From NCBI GenBank assembly GCA_963826785.1, contig CAWGYD010000010.1, positions 96,001 through 160,000 on the forward strand: a stretch of 64,000 bases of DNA. The letters run 5' to 3'. Each line of letters opens with the position of its first letter. The first letter of the stretch is position 1. The DNA is from an uncultured delta proteobacterium. Its GTDB lineage: Bacteria; Desulfobacterota; Desulfobacteria; Desulfobacterales; Desulfosalsimonadaceae. The notes below the pieces were generated by a model, which was not told the DNA's origin, made no database searches, and saw nothing but the letters and a program-made list of their open reading frames with translations. Position numbers and translations under genes: made by a program. This document shows, in pieces, positions 53,132-62,051 of this stretch.

Positions 53132-54118
53132 TCAGCCCGGCCCCATGATCCGCCGATAATAAATTTTTCGGCCCTGCTCAAATGGTTCGATTTCATGTTT
53201 CCGCACCATCTCTTCGAGCTTTGGTTTAACCCGTGCGTCATCGATGCCCAGGCCGGAGGTGATATCTTCTGTGGTGCAGGGCCGGCGGGACAGCATGGAC
53301 CGGATCTTATCCCTGACATCCGATTGGACATCTGATTTGACGTCTGATTTGATGTCTGATTTGACATCTGGCACCGGATGATTTTTGGATTTGGCGGCCA
53401 ACGAGACGATAATTTCGGCCTTTTTCCCCAGAACTTCTTTGAAGCGGATCAATTTTTCCGGGGAAACCATGGATACATCGTTTTCTGCGGGGGGCCGGGC
53501 CACCGTATTGAGGTGAATCCGGTCGGGCCGGATGCGGTCGCACCAGTTTAAAAAGGCGGCCATATCCGCATCCGTATCATTGACGCCTGCCACCAGGAAA
53601 ATCTCCAGCCAGATGGATTTTCGGTATTCCTGCCTGAAATCGATCAACCCCTGGGCCATGTTTTCAAATGAAACATCGGGATGTGGCCGGTTGATGATCT
53701 TAAATACCCGCTCGTTTGGGGCGTCAAAAGACGGCAACACCGCATCTGCCGCCATCAGCGCCTCCCGTACCCCTGGATCTGACAGGGTCGATCCGTTGGT
53801 GATCACCGCCACCGGGATGTCTGTCATTTCCTTGATATCGCCGATGATCCGTCCGATGTCTGCATTCAGCGTGGGTTCTCCGGAGCCGCCGAGGGTGACA
53901 AAATCCGGTGAGATGCCCTCTTCCAGACGTGTTTTCAGCTCCATTAGCACCTGTTCAATGGGAACATAGGATCGGCGAAGAAGCGTGGTCTTTTCCGTGA
54001 CGCCGATCTGGCAGTAGATACAGTCATAGGAACAGACCTTGTAGGGGACCAGATCCACGCCCAGGGATCGCCCCAGGCGGCGGGAAGGGACCGGACCGTA
54101 AATGAATTGCGCTTTCAT
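53132..54118 (-). CDS. Radical SAM protein (YGPVPSRRLG family)
   Basis: YGPVPSRRLGRSLG, CSYDCIYC, GSGEPTL, C-terminal HTH-like tail. Confidence 0.88.
   Translation of the reverse strand: MKAQFIYGPVPSRRLGRSLGVDLVPYKVCSYDCIYCQIGVTEKTTLLRRSYVPIEQVLMELKTRLEEGISPDFVTLGGSGEPTLNADIGRIIGDIKEMTDIPVAVITNGSTLSDPGVREALMAADAVLPSFDAPNERVFKIINRPHPDVSFENMAQGLIDFRQEYRKSIWLEIFLVAGVNDTDADMAAFLNWCDRIRPDRIHLNTVARPPAENDVSMVSPEKLIRFKEVLGKKAEIIVSLAAKSKNHPVPDVKSDIKSDVKSDVQSDVRDKIRSMLSRRPCTTEDITSGLGIDDARVKPKLEEMVRKHEIEPFEQGRKIYYRRIMGPG
53312..53371 (-). repeat. Five tandem imperfect 12-bp repeats encoding PDVK-SDIK-SDVK-SDVQ-SDVR
   Basis: Consensus unit TCAGAYGTCAAA read directly from the sequence, in frame. Confidence 0.85.
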
Positions 54119-54328
54119 CCGTTGAATTTCCTGTTTCAATGTCTATGATGAGAAAAATACCGGCGCTTTGGGCATCTTGTTTTCATTACCGCTTTCAAAC
54201 GGGATATAGCACAAAAAGAAGGTAAACCCCACATCAATTGCTTGCAAGTGCCCGATGGTCCTGTTAAAAAGCTGTGATTGGAAGAAGGTTATGCAATGGC
54301 GGCCGACGCCCACAATTAAGGAGAAATA

Positions 54329-55795
54329 TTGATGACTGAGGATTTTTCACCATCGGATCATCCGGAAAATGAAGAAAGTTTCGAGGAGCTGTTTGAATCC
54401 TATATGGCGGAGGAAAAGGAGCTTCGGGTCGGTGACCGGGTGAAGGGAGAGATCATTTCCATCGGGGATAAGAACCTGTTTATCCATACCGGCGCGAAAA
54501 CCGACGGCGTGGCGGAAAAAGCCGAATTTCTGGACAAGGACGGCCAGTTCCCCTATCAGGTCGGCGATCCCATCGAGCTTTACGTGACCGCGGTCAACGA
54601 CCACGAGATCCGCCTGTCCAAATCCGTTACCGGTGCCGGCGGCCTGAACCAGCTGTATACCGCCTATAAAAGCCGCATCCCGGTGGAAGGGAAAGTAAGT
54701 GAAACCTGCAAGGGCGGATTTCGCGTTCAGATACAGCAGCAGAGCGCCTTTTGTCCCATCAGCCAGATGGATCACCGGTATGTCGAAGAACCGGATGCGT
54801 ATGTGGGAAACACCTTTGAATTTCTGATCACCCAGATTACGGAAAAAGGTCGCAATATCGTCATCTCCCGCCGGGAGCTGCTGCAGGAGCAGTTTGCGGC
54901 CGAGCGGCAGAAATTTGTGGAGACCGTCAATGCGGGGGATGTTCTCGATGGGCGGGTCATCAAGATCATGCCGTATGGCGCGTTCGTGGAACTGTTTCCG
55001 GGGGTCGAGGGAATGGTGCACATCTCAGAGCTGAGCTGGTCGCGGACCGCCAGCCCGGAAGAGGTCGTAAAATCCGACGAAACCATCCGGGTAAAGGTGC
55101 TGTCCATCGAACCCGATGCGAAGAGCAAGGGTGCGCTGAAAATCTCCTTATCGGTCAAACAGGCCACCGGCGATCCATGGGACAGCATCCACCAGACGTT
55201 TACGGCCGGAGACAAGGTTTCCGGCACGGTGACCCGGTGCGCCGATTTCGGGGCATTCGTGGAAATCGCCCCCGGCATCGAGGGGCTGGTGCACATCAGC
55301 GAAATGAGCCATACCCGGCGGGTGGTTCGGGCCGAAGACGTGGTCTCCCCGGGAGAGACGATTCCGGTGATGATCAAGGACATCGATGCGGAAAAGCGCC
55401 GGATATCCTTGAGCATGAAAGATTCCGAAGGCGATCCCTGGGCCGCGGTGGAGGAAAAATACAAAGTGGGGCAGCAGGTCACGGGGACGATTGAAAAGAA
55501 GGAAACCTTCGGGTTCTTCATCAGCCTGGAGCCCGGCATCACCGGACTTCTGCCCCGGTCGAAAATTACCGGGGCGGCAGGCGCCGCCGATATCGACCGA
55601 CTCAAGGTGAATTCCCCCATTTCCCTGGTAATAGAAGAAATCCATCCCCGGGAACGAAAAATCACCCTGGGCATGGAAGGCGAAAAAACAAATACCGAAT
55701 GGCAGAATTATCGTGCCGCAGACCGCAGCGGCGGCGGTGACATGGGGGATCTGGGAGAGAAATTAAAGGCGGCGCTCAAGCAAACCCAAAAATGA
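54329..55795 (+). CDS. rpsA: 30S ribosomal protein S1-like protein (multiple S1 domains)
   Basis: ESFEELF N-terminus, repeated YGAFVE..GVEGMVHISE / FGAFVE..GIEGLVHISE, C-terminal LGEKLK. Confidence 0.85.
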   Translation: MMTEDFSPSDHPENEESFEELFESYMAEEKELRVGDRVKGEIISIGDKNLFIHTGAKTDGVAEKAEFLDKDGQFPYQVGDPIELYVTAVNDHEIRLSKSVTGAGGLNQLYTAYKSRIPVEGKVSETCKGGFRVQIQQQSAFCPISQMDHRYVEEPDAYVGNTFEFLITQITEKGRNIVISRRELLQEQFAAERQKFVETVNAGDVLDGRVIKIMPYGAFVELFPGVEGMVHISELSWSRTASPEEVVKSDETIRVKVLSIEPDAKSKGALKISLSVKQATGDPWDSIHQTFTAGDKVSGTVTRCADFGAFVEIAPGIEGLVHISEMSHTRRVVRAEDVVSPGETIPVMIKDIDAEKRRISLSMKDSEGDPWAAVEEKYKVGQQVTGTIEKKETFGFFISLEPGITGLLPRSKITGAAGAADIDRLKVNSPISLVIEEIHPRERKITLGMEGEKTNTEWQNYRAADRSGGGDMGDLGEKLKAALKQTQK

Positions 55796-55846
55796 TCCGG
55801 TTCAGCTCATCTGCCGTAATGTCATGTAATGCGGCCGGCTCTGTAT

Positions 55847-55929
55847 AAAAAAAAAACAGGTTTTCCTGCCCGGATGCAAAGGATTTCATTTTGCCTTCGC
55901 GTTCTTTGCAGGATAACCTGTTTTTTTTT
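55847..55929. terminator. Long bidirectional terminator hairpin
   Basis: A10-CAGGTTTTCCTGC ... GCAGGATAACCTG-T9 between convergent genes. Confidence 0.75.
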
Positions 55930-55968
55930 ACTTCAGGATCTGAATTGAAGTAGTGGTCTAAACTGCTT

Positions 55969-56286
55969 TTAATCCTTATAAAAAATTCCCCCGATCAGCA
56001 GCAGAATGCCTCCGATGATGAACAGCAGCAGAAAAAGAGGCATCTGCACCACATAATCTGCGGCTTTCTGGCCATACCCCCAGGGAATCTGGTCAATCCA
56101 TTCAAAATTACCCGGATCCAGGACATCCATGAGAGACGAATGTTCGTTTCCGGTAAATTTTTCCCTCGACAAGTCCGACGATGAGGCCATGAAATTTCCC
56201 AGCGCCGTATATCCGTAGACCAGTCCGCCGGAAAGGATAGAAATGACGCCGGCTGCATTGGTTTTTTTCATGTTCATCCCTTCCAT
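55969..56286 (-). CDS. Small membrane hypothetical protein (2 TM)
   Basis: Hydrophobic N- and C-terminal helices. Start uncertain (56286, 56277 or 56271). Confidence 0.7.
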   Translation of the reverse strand: MEGMNMKKTNAAGVISILSGGLVYGYTALGNFMASSSDLSREKFTGNEHSSLMDVLDPGNFEWIDQIPWGYGQKAADYVVQMPLFLLLFIIGGILLLIGGIFYKD

Positions 56287-56370
56287 AAATGAAAAACGTG
56301 AAAAAAAAAGTGATCAACCGGTCATATCCTATATCAGATTCGGGCAGAAGTTGACAAAGGAAAAAATGGA

Positions 56371-57126
56371 CTATCCGATCTCCGCCTTATAAAATTCCCG
56401 GTTCAGGCGGGCGATGTGGATGATGGATATCCCCTTGGGGCATTCGGCCTCGCATTCCGCCTCATTGGAGCAGTTGCCGAATCCCAGTTCATCCATTTTG
56501 CGCACCATCTGCCGGGCCCGGTTTGCGGCCTCCGGCCTGCCCTGGGGCAGGATGGACAAATGGGAAACGTTGGCCCCCACAAACAGCATGGCCGATGCAT
56601 TGGGACAGGCGGCCACGCAGGCGCCGCAGCCGATGCAGGCGGCCGCGTTGAAGGCGGCTTCCGCCTGCTCCCGGGAAACCAGTATGGTATTGGCATCGGG
56701 CGCGCCGCCGGCCGTGGCCGAGATGAACCCGCCGGACTGGATCAGGGCGTCCAGGGGGGACCGGTCCACCACCAGGTCCTTGATGGGGTGAAAGGCCCTG
56801 GCCCGCCAGGGTTCGATGACCAGGACATCCCAGTTTTTAAAATGCCGCATGTGCAGCTGGCACAACGTGGTTTCCTTCTCATGGCCATGTGCGCGGCCGT
56901 TGACCATGGCTCCGCACATGCCGCAGATGCCTTCCCGGCAGTCGTGGTCGAAGGCGATGGGCTCCGCCCCTTTTTTAATCAGCGATTCATTGACCACATC
57001 CAGCATTTCCAAAAAGGACATGTCGGTGGAAATGCTGTCGGCCGTATAGGTTTCAAACCTGCCTTTCTCTTCGCCTCTTGCCTGACGCCAGACTTTTAAA
57101 GTCAAATTGATGGTTTTGGTTGTCAT
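56371..57126 (-). CDS. sdhB: Succinate dehydrogenase/fumarate reductase iron-sulfur subunit
   Basis: [35 protein letters not shown]. Confidence 0.93.
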   Translation of the reverse strand: MTTKTINLTLKVWRQARGEEKGRFETYTADSISTDMSFLEMLDVVNESLIKKGAEPIAFDHDCREGICGMCGAMVNGRAHGHEKETTLCQLHMRHFKNWDVLVIEPWRARAFHPIKDLVVDRSPLDALIQSGGFISATAGGAPDANTILVSREQAEAAFNAAACIGCGACVAACPNASAMLFVGANVSHLSILPQGRPEAANRARQMVRKMDELGFGNCSNEAECEAECPKGISIIHIARLNREFYKAEIG

Positions 57127-59036
57127 TTGTAGCTCCTCTGGGTCAGCTCCACATTTTCAAAAGCCAGCGGTTCCTTGTGGGAGACCGGTTCGCGGCCGTC
57201 TCCGGCATATTCCCATGCCGCCACATGGCAAAAATCCTTGTCGTTTCGAAGGGCCTCGTTCTCTTCGGTCTGATAATCGATATTGAAGTGGGATCCGCAG
57301 GATTCCTGCCGGGCCAGGGCATCGATGACCATCAGTTCCGCAAATTCCAGAAAATCCGCCACGCGCCCGGCCCGCTCCAGATTCTGATTCAAGTCTTCCC
57401 GCCTGCCCGCCACCTTGACGTTTTGCCAGAATTCTGCCCTCAGATCGCGGATCATGCCGCGGGCCTTGGTCAGTCCCTCGTTGGACCGGGCCATGCCGCA
57501 GTGATCCCACATGATCAGACCCAGTTCCCGATGGAATTCATCCACCGTCTTGTTTCCGTTGATGGAAAGCAGTTTGTCCAGCCGCTGCCGGGCATCATTT
57601 TCCGCCTGCCGGAATGCCTCGTGATCCGTGGACACGGGCGCAAGGGAAGAAGATGCCAGGTACCCGCCCATGGTGTAGGGAATGATGAAATAACCATCCG
57701 CCAGTCCCTGCATCAGGGCGCTTGCCCCCAGCCGGTTGGCGCCGTGATCGGAAAAATTGGCCTCGCCCAGGACGAACATCCCGTCTATGGTACTCATCAG
57801 GTTGTAGTCCACCCACAGCCCGCCCATGGTGTAATGCACGGCCGGATAGATCATCATGGGCGTTTCATAGGGGTTGTCCCCCGTGATCTTGTGGTACATG
57901 TCAAACAGGTTGCCGTACTTGGCGGCAATGGCATCCTTGCCCTCCCGGGCAATGGCGTCTGCAAAATCGAGATAGACCGCAAGCCTTGTCTCACCGACCC
58001 CCTTGCCCTGATCGGTCTGTTCCTTGGCGTTGCGGGAGGCCACATCCCGGGGGACCAGGTTGCCGAAAGACGGATACTTGCGCTCCAGATAATAATCCCG
58101 CTCCGGTTCGGGGATCTGCTGGGGGCGGCGGTTGTCCCCCGGTTTTTTGGGCACCCACACCCGGCCGTCGTTTCGCAGGCTCTCGCTCATCAGGGTCAGC
58201 TTGGACTGGTACGTCCCGTGCACCGGGATGCAGGTGGGATGAATCTGGGTAAAGCAGGGGTTGGCGAAATACGCCCCTTTCTTATACGCCCGGAAGGCGG
58301 CGGAAGCATTGGAAGACATGGCGTTGGTGGACAGGAAATAGACATTGCCGTATCCGCCGGTGGCCAGGATCACGGCATGGGCCGAATGGGACTCGATTTT
58401 GCCGTCGATGAGGTTTCGGGCCACCACTCCCCGGGCCTGTCCGTTGACCACCACGATATCCATGATTTCCCGCCGGGGAAACATCTTCACCCGGCCGTCT
58501 CCCACCTGGCGCAGCAGGGACCGGTAGGCCCCCAGCAGCAACTGCTGCCCGGTCTGCCCCCGGGCGTAAAACGTCCGGGATACCTGCGCCCCGCCGAAAG
58601 AGCGGTTGGCCAGAAGCCCGCCGTAATCCCGGGCAAAGGGGACGCCCTGGGCCACGCACTGGTCGATGATGTTTCCGGACAGCTGGGCCAGACGGTAGAC
58701 ATTGGCTTCCCGGGCCCGGAAATCGCCGCCCTTGATGGTATCGTAAAAGAGCCGCCGGTCGGAATCACCGTCATTGGCGTAATTCTTGGAGGCGTTGATC
58801 CCGCCCTGTGCGGCGATGCTGTGGGCGCGGCGGGGCGAATCCTGGATACAGAAATTTTTCACGTTGTACCCGAGTTCGGCCAGGGTGGAGGCGGCGGAAG
58901 CACCGGCAAGACCGGTGCCCACGACGATGATTTCAAACTTCTTTCGGTTTGCCGGGTTGACCAGCTTCAGTTCAAACCGGTGGCGGTCCCATTTTTCCAC
59001 CAGGGGCCCACCGGGTATTTTCGAGTCCAGCGTCAT
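57123..59036 (-). CDS. sdhA: Succinate dehydrogenase/fumarate reductase flavoprotein subunit
   Basis: [37 protein letters not shown]. Confidence 0.95.
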   Translation of the reverse strand: MTLDSKIPGGPLVEKWDRHRFELKLVNPANRKKFEIIVVGTGLAGASAASTLAELGYNVKNFCIQDSPRRAHSIAAQGGINASKNYANDGDSDRRLFYDTIKGGDFRAREANVYRLAQLSGNIIDQCVAQGVPFARDYGGLLANRSFGGAQVSRTFYARGQTGQQLLLGAYRSLLRQVGDGRVKMFPRREIMDIVVVNGQARGVVARNLIDGKIESHSAHAVILATGGYGNVYFLSTNAMSSNASAAFRAYKKGAYFANPCFTQIHPTCIPVHGTYQSKLTLMSESLRNDGRVWVPKKPGDNRRPQQIPEPERDYYLERKYPSFGNLVPRDVASRNAKEQTDQGKGVGETRLAVYLDFADAIAREGKDAIAAKYGNLFDMYHKITGDNPYETPMMIYPAVHYTMGGLWVDYNLMSTIDGMFVLGEANFSDHGANRLGASALMQGLADGYFIIPYTMGGYLASSSLAPVSTDHEAFRQAENDARQRLDKLLSINGNKTVDEFHRELGLIMWDHCGMARSNEGLTKARGMIRDLRAEFWQNVKVAGRREDLNQNLERAGRVADFLEFAELMVIDALARQESCGSHFNIDYQTEENEALRNDKDFCHVAAWEYAGDGREPVSHKEPLAFENVELTQRSYK

Positions 59037-59047
59037 GATCTTCCTTT

Positions 59048-59689
59048 CTATGCGAGTAAGCCGATGTAAACCGGTATGATGCCGAATCCGGCAGCGACCA
59101 GAACGGCAAAGAAAATGCCGATGCCCTGGATGATCGGCATATATTTTGGATGATTGGCCCCCAGGGTCTGAAACAGGCTCCAGAATCCGTGGCGGACATG
59201 GATGGCCACCAGGATCACCGCAATCGTATAAAAGGCCATGTAATAGGGCCGGGACAAGACCCCGGACACCACTGAAAAGAGCGACTGCTGGTCCATATCG
59301 ATAAACCGGAAATTGAGCAGATGAACGATGACGAAAGTAAGGATCAGCGGCCCCGTATACCCCATGGTGGCGGACCCGATGGTCCGGCCGCCGGCACGGT
59401 GTTTGACGGCGTACCGCACCGGCCGGGATTGCAGGTTTTCAAAAAACAGGAGCATGCCGATACTGATATGAATCACGGCAAAAAAGATGAGCCCCCATTC
59501 GACGACCGCCACTATCGGGGCCAGGGCATGCAGGTGGGCGGCATAGGATTCGAACATGTCTTTTCCCACGTACAGGGTCATATTCCCCACCATATGGAAA
59601 AAGAGAAAGATGATGAATCCCAGCCCGGTGACGGCCATCAGCAGCTTCTTGCCGATGGAGGTGCAAAACATCTTGACGATCCAGTACAT
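59048..59689 (-). CDS. sdhC: Succinate dehydrogenase/fumarate reductase cytochrome b subunit
   Basis: [12 protein letters not shown], five TM helices with heme-ligand His residues, [11 protein letters not shown]. Confidence 0.92.
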   Translation of the reverse strand: MYWIVKMFCTSIGKKLLMAVTGLGFIIFLFFHMVGNMTLYVGKDMFESYAAHLHALAPIVAVVEWGLIFFAVIHISIGMLLFFENLQSRPVRYAVKHRAGGRTIGSATMGYTGPLILTFVIVHLLNFRFIDMDQQSLFSVVSGVLSRPYYMAFYTIAVILVAIHVRHGFWSLFQTLGANHPKYMPIIQGIGIFFAVLVAAGFGIIPVYIGLLA

Positions 59690-59839
59690 GACAGACTCCA
59701 GATAATCTATTTTATAATTTGGGTTGAAAAACCCTTTTTAAATAAGCAGCTCAGCGGGTTTTCGGCAATACGCAAATGAGCATGCGGTTTGCCGCATGCG
59801 TGGCTTCACAGATCTTGATCCGAAAGAGTTGCGTTTGAA

Positions 59840-60718
59840 TTACACGCCGGCGAACACTTCTGCGCACAGTTGGCCGATGTTGCCGAGATTCTCACAGACG
59901 TGGACCCCGCCCTTTTTAAGGGCATCGATCTTGGCGGCCGCAGTTCCGCTGGAACCGGAAATGATGGCCCCCGCATGCCCCATGCGCCTTCCCGGCGGAG
60001 CGGTGATTCCGGCAATAAACCCGACCACCGGCTTGGTGACATGGGCCTTGATGAACTCGGCCGCTTTTTCTTCGGCATTGCCGCCGATTTCCCCCACCAT
60101 CACGATCCCTTTGGTTTCGGGATCTTTTTCAAAGGCGTCCAGGCAGTCGATGAAATTGGTGCCGTTGATGGGATCTCCGCCGATCCCGATGCAGGTGGAC
60201 TGGCCGATGCGCTGTTGCGTGAGCTGAAAGACCACCTCATAGGTGAGGGTCCCGGAGCGGGAGACCACGCCGATGGGGCCTCCGGGCGTGTGGATCTGAC
60301 CCGGCATGATGCCGATCTTGGCCTGACCCGGGGTGATGATGCCCGGGCAATTGGGGCCGATCAGGCGGGATTTGGACGATTTCAGCGCCTGCTTGACCCG
60401 CATCATGTCCAGGACGGGGATCCCTTCGGTAATGGCGACGATCAGATCGATTCCCGCGTCCACCGCCTCCAGGATGGCATCTGCGGCAAACGGGGGCGGC
60501 ACAAAAATCATGGAGCAGTTGGCCTTCGCCTTTTCCGCTGCTTCCTTTACCGTGTTGAACACCGGAACGTCATCCATGTTTTCTCCCCCCTTGCCGGGGG
60601 TGACGCCCGCCACCACGCGGGTGCCGTACTCGATGCACTGGCGGGTATGGAACTGCCCTTCCCTTCCGGTGATTCCCTGAACCACCAGCCGGGTATGCGA
60701 ACCGACAAATATGCTCAT
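59840..60718 (-). CDS. sucD: Succinyl-CoA synthetase alpha subunit
   Basis: [28 protein letters not shown]. Confidence 0.96.
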   Translation of the reverse strand: MSIFVGSHTRLVVQGITGREGQFHTRQCIEYGTRVVAGVTPGKGGENMDDVPVFNTVKEAAEKAKANCSMIFVPPPFAADAILEAVDAGIDLIVAITEGIPVLDMMRVKQALKSSKSRLIGPNCPGIITPGQAKIGIMPGQIHTPGGPIGVVSRSGTLTYEVVFQLTQQRIGQSTCIGIGGDPINGTNFIDCLDAFEKDPETKGIVMVGEIGGNAEEKAAEFIKAHVTKPVVGFIAGITAPPGRRMGHAGAIISGSSGTAAAKIDALKKGGVHVCENLGNIGQLCAEVFAGV

Positions 60719-60796
60719 TTCAAGACCTCAAATCTGATTAGAAACCGGCGTCCAAAATTCTTAAGCACACCGGCCGTTATATGTTGACCATTTGAA

Positions 60797-60832
60797 TCCG
60801 TGCACATGCCCGTTGCCGTTCACGTGCACGGA
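60797..60832. repeat. Intergenic inverted repeat between sucC and sucD
   Basis: TCCGTGCACATG-N12-CACGTGCACGGA, 11 of 12 positions complementary. Confidence 0.6.
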
Positions 60833-60866
60833 AAAACCCATGCCGACTTTCGAAAAAGGTCCGGTC

Positions 60867-62030
60867 TCAGGCAGCGATCAGCCGGGCCACCTGCTCGGCG
60901 GCATCCTTCATATCCCCGGCCGAATGGATTTTCAGACCGGAATCCGCCAGGATCTGACGTCCCTGCTCCACATTGGTGCCTTCCATCCGGACGATGAGCG
61001 GCACCTTGATGTCGATCTTTTTGGCTGCTTCCACAACCCCTTTGGCCAGTACATCGCATCGCAGGATGCCGCCGAAGATGTTGATAAGGATTCCCTTGAC
61101 CTTTTTGTCGCTTAAGATAATCCGAAAGCCGTTCTCCACCATTTCAGCCGAGGCGCCGCCCCCCACGTCGAGAAAATTCGCGGGTTCGGCCCCGGCCAGC
61201 TTGATGGTATCCATGACCGCCATGGCCAGTCCGGCGCCGTTGACCATGTTGCCCACGGTGCCGTCCATGTTGATATAGTTCAGGTTGTACTTGGAGGCTT
61301 CGACTTCCAGCGGATCCTCTTCATCGAGATCCCGGAATTCCAGCACATCCGGGTGCCTGAACAGGGCGTTGTTGTCAAAATCCATCTTGGCATCCAGTGC
61401 GATCACCTGGTCATCCCCGGTCAGCACCAGCGGATTGATCTCTACCAGGGAGCAGTCATAATCCATAAACAGCCGGTAGAGCCCGGCGATCATCTTGGTA
61501 AAGGTCCGGATGGCGCCCTTGGGGAGATTGAGCCCGTAGGCGATCTGCCGGCCATGGAACGGCTGGAAACCGGACAGGGGGTTGATATAGGTGCGGACGA
61601 TCTTCTCCGGGGTGGAAGCCGCCACTTCCTCGATGTCCATGCCGCCGGCTTCGCTGGCGATGATCAGCACGCAGGCGGTCTCCCGGTCGGGAATCAGGCT
61701 CAGGTAGAGCTCTTTTTGAATATCCACCCCCTGTTCGATCAGCACCTGCTTCACCCTTTTTCCGGCCGGACCGGTCTGGTGGGTAACCAGGTTCATGCCG
61801 ATAATGGATTTGGCGTGGGAAACCGCCTCGTCCACGCTGCCGGCCAGCTTCACCCCGCCGCCCTTTCCCCGGCCCCCGGCATGGATCTGGGCTTTGACCA
61901 CCACCGGAAATTCGCTCATATTCTGAGCGATCCGGCGGGCATCGGCTTCATTGAAGGCCACCTCGCCGGAAGGCACGGGAATGCCGTATTTTCGAAAAAC
62001 CGTTTTTGCCTGAAATTCATGTATCTTCAT
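60867..62030 (-). CDS. sucC: Succinyl-CoA synthetase beta subunit
   Basis: MKIHEFQAK, KAQIHAGGRGKGGG, NGAGLAMA, NFLDVGGG, NIFGGI. Confidence 0.96.
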   Translation of the reverse strand: MKIHEFQAKTVFRKYGIPVPSGEVAFNEADARRIAQNMSEFPVVVKAQIHAGGRGKGGGVKLAGSVDEAVSHAKSIIGMNLVTHQTGPAGKRVKQVLIEQGVDIQKELYLSLIPDRETACVLIIASEAGGMDIEEVAASTPEKIVRTYINPLSGFQPFHGRQIAYGLNLPKGAIRTFTKMIAGLYRLFMDYDCSLVEINPLVLTGDDQVIALDAKMDFDNNALFRHPDVLEFRDLDEEDPLEVEASKYNLNYINMDGTVGNMVNGAGLAMAVMDTIKLAGAEPANFLDVGGGASAEMVENGFRIILSDKKVKGILINIFGGILRCDVLAKGVVEAAKKIDIKVPLIVRMEGTNVEQGRQILADSGLKIHSAGDMKDAAEQVARLIAA

Positions 62031-62051
62031 ATCAATTTTACCTCGGGTGCT

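Noticed and set aside
53312..53371. Repeat array as a mini-CRISPR
   Set aside because: Contiguous 12-bp units with no spacers, in frame within a CDS.
51913..54118. amrA + radical SAM as a complete AmmeMemoRadiSam system
   Set aside because: The radical SAM gene is convergent and belongs to the YGPVPSRRLG family rather than AmrS. There is no Memo (amrB) gene.
57120..59069. 649-aa plus-strand ORF
   Set aside because: Antisense shadow of sdhA. The same applies to the many other overlapping ORFs in the track.
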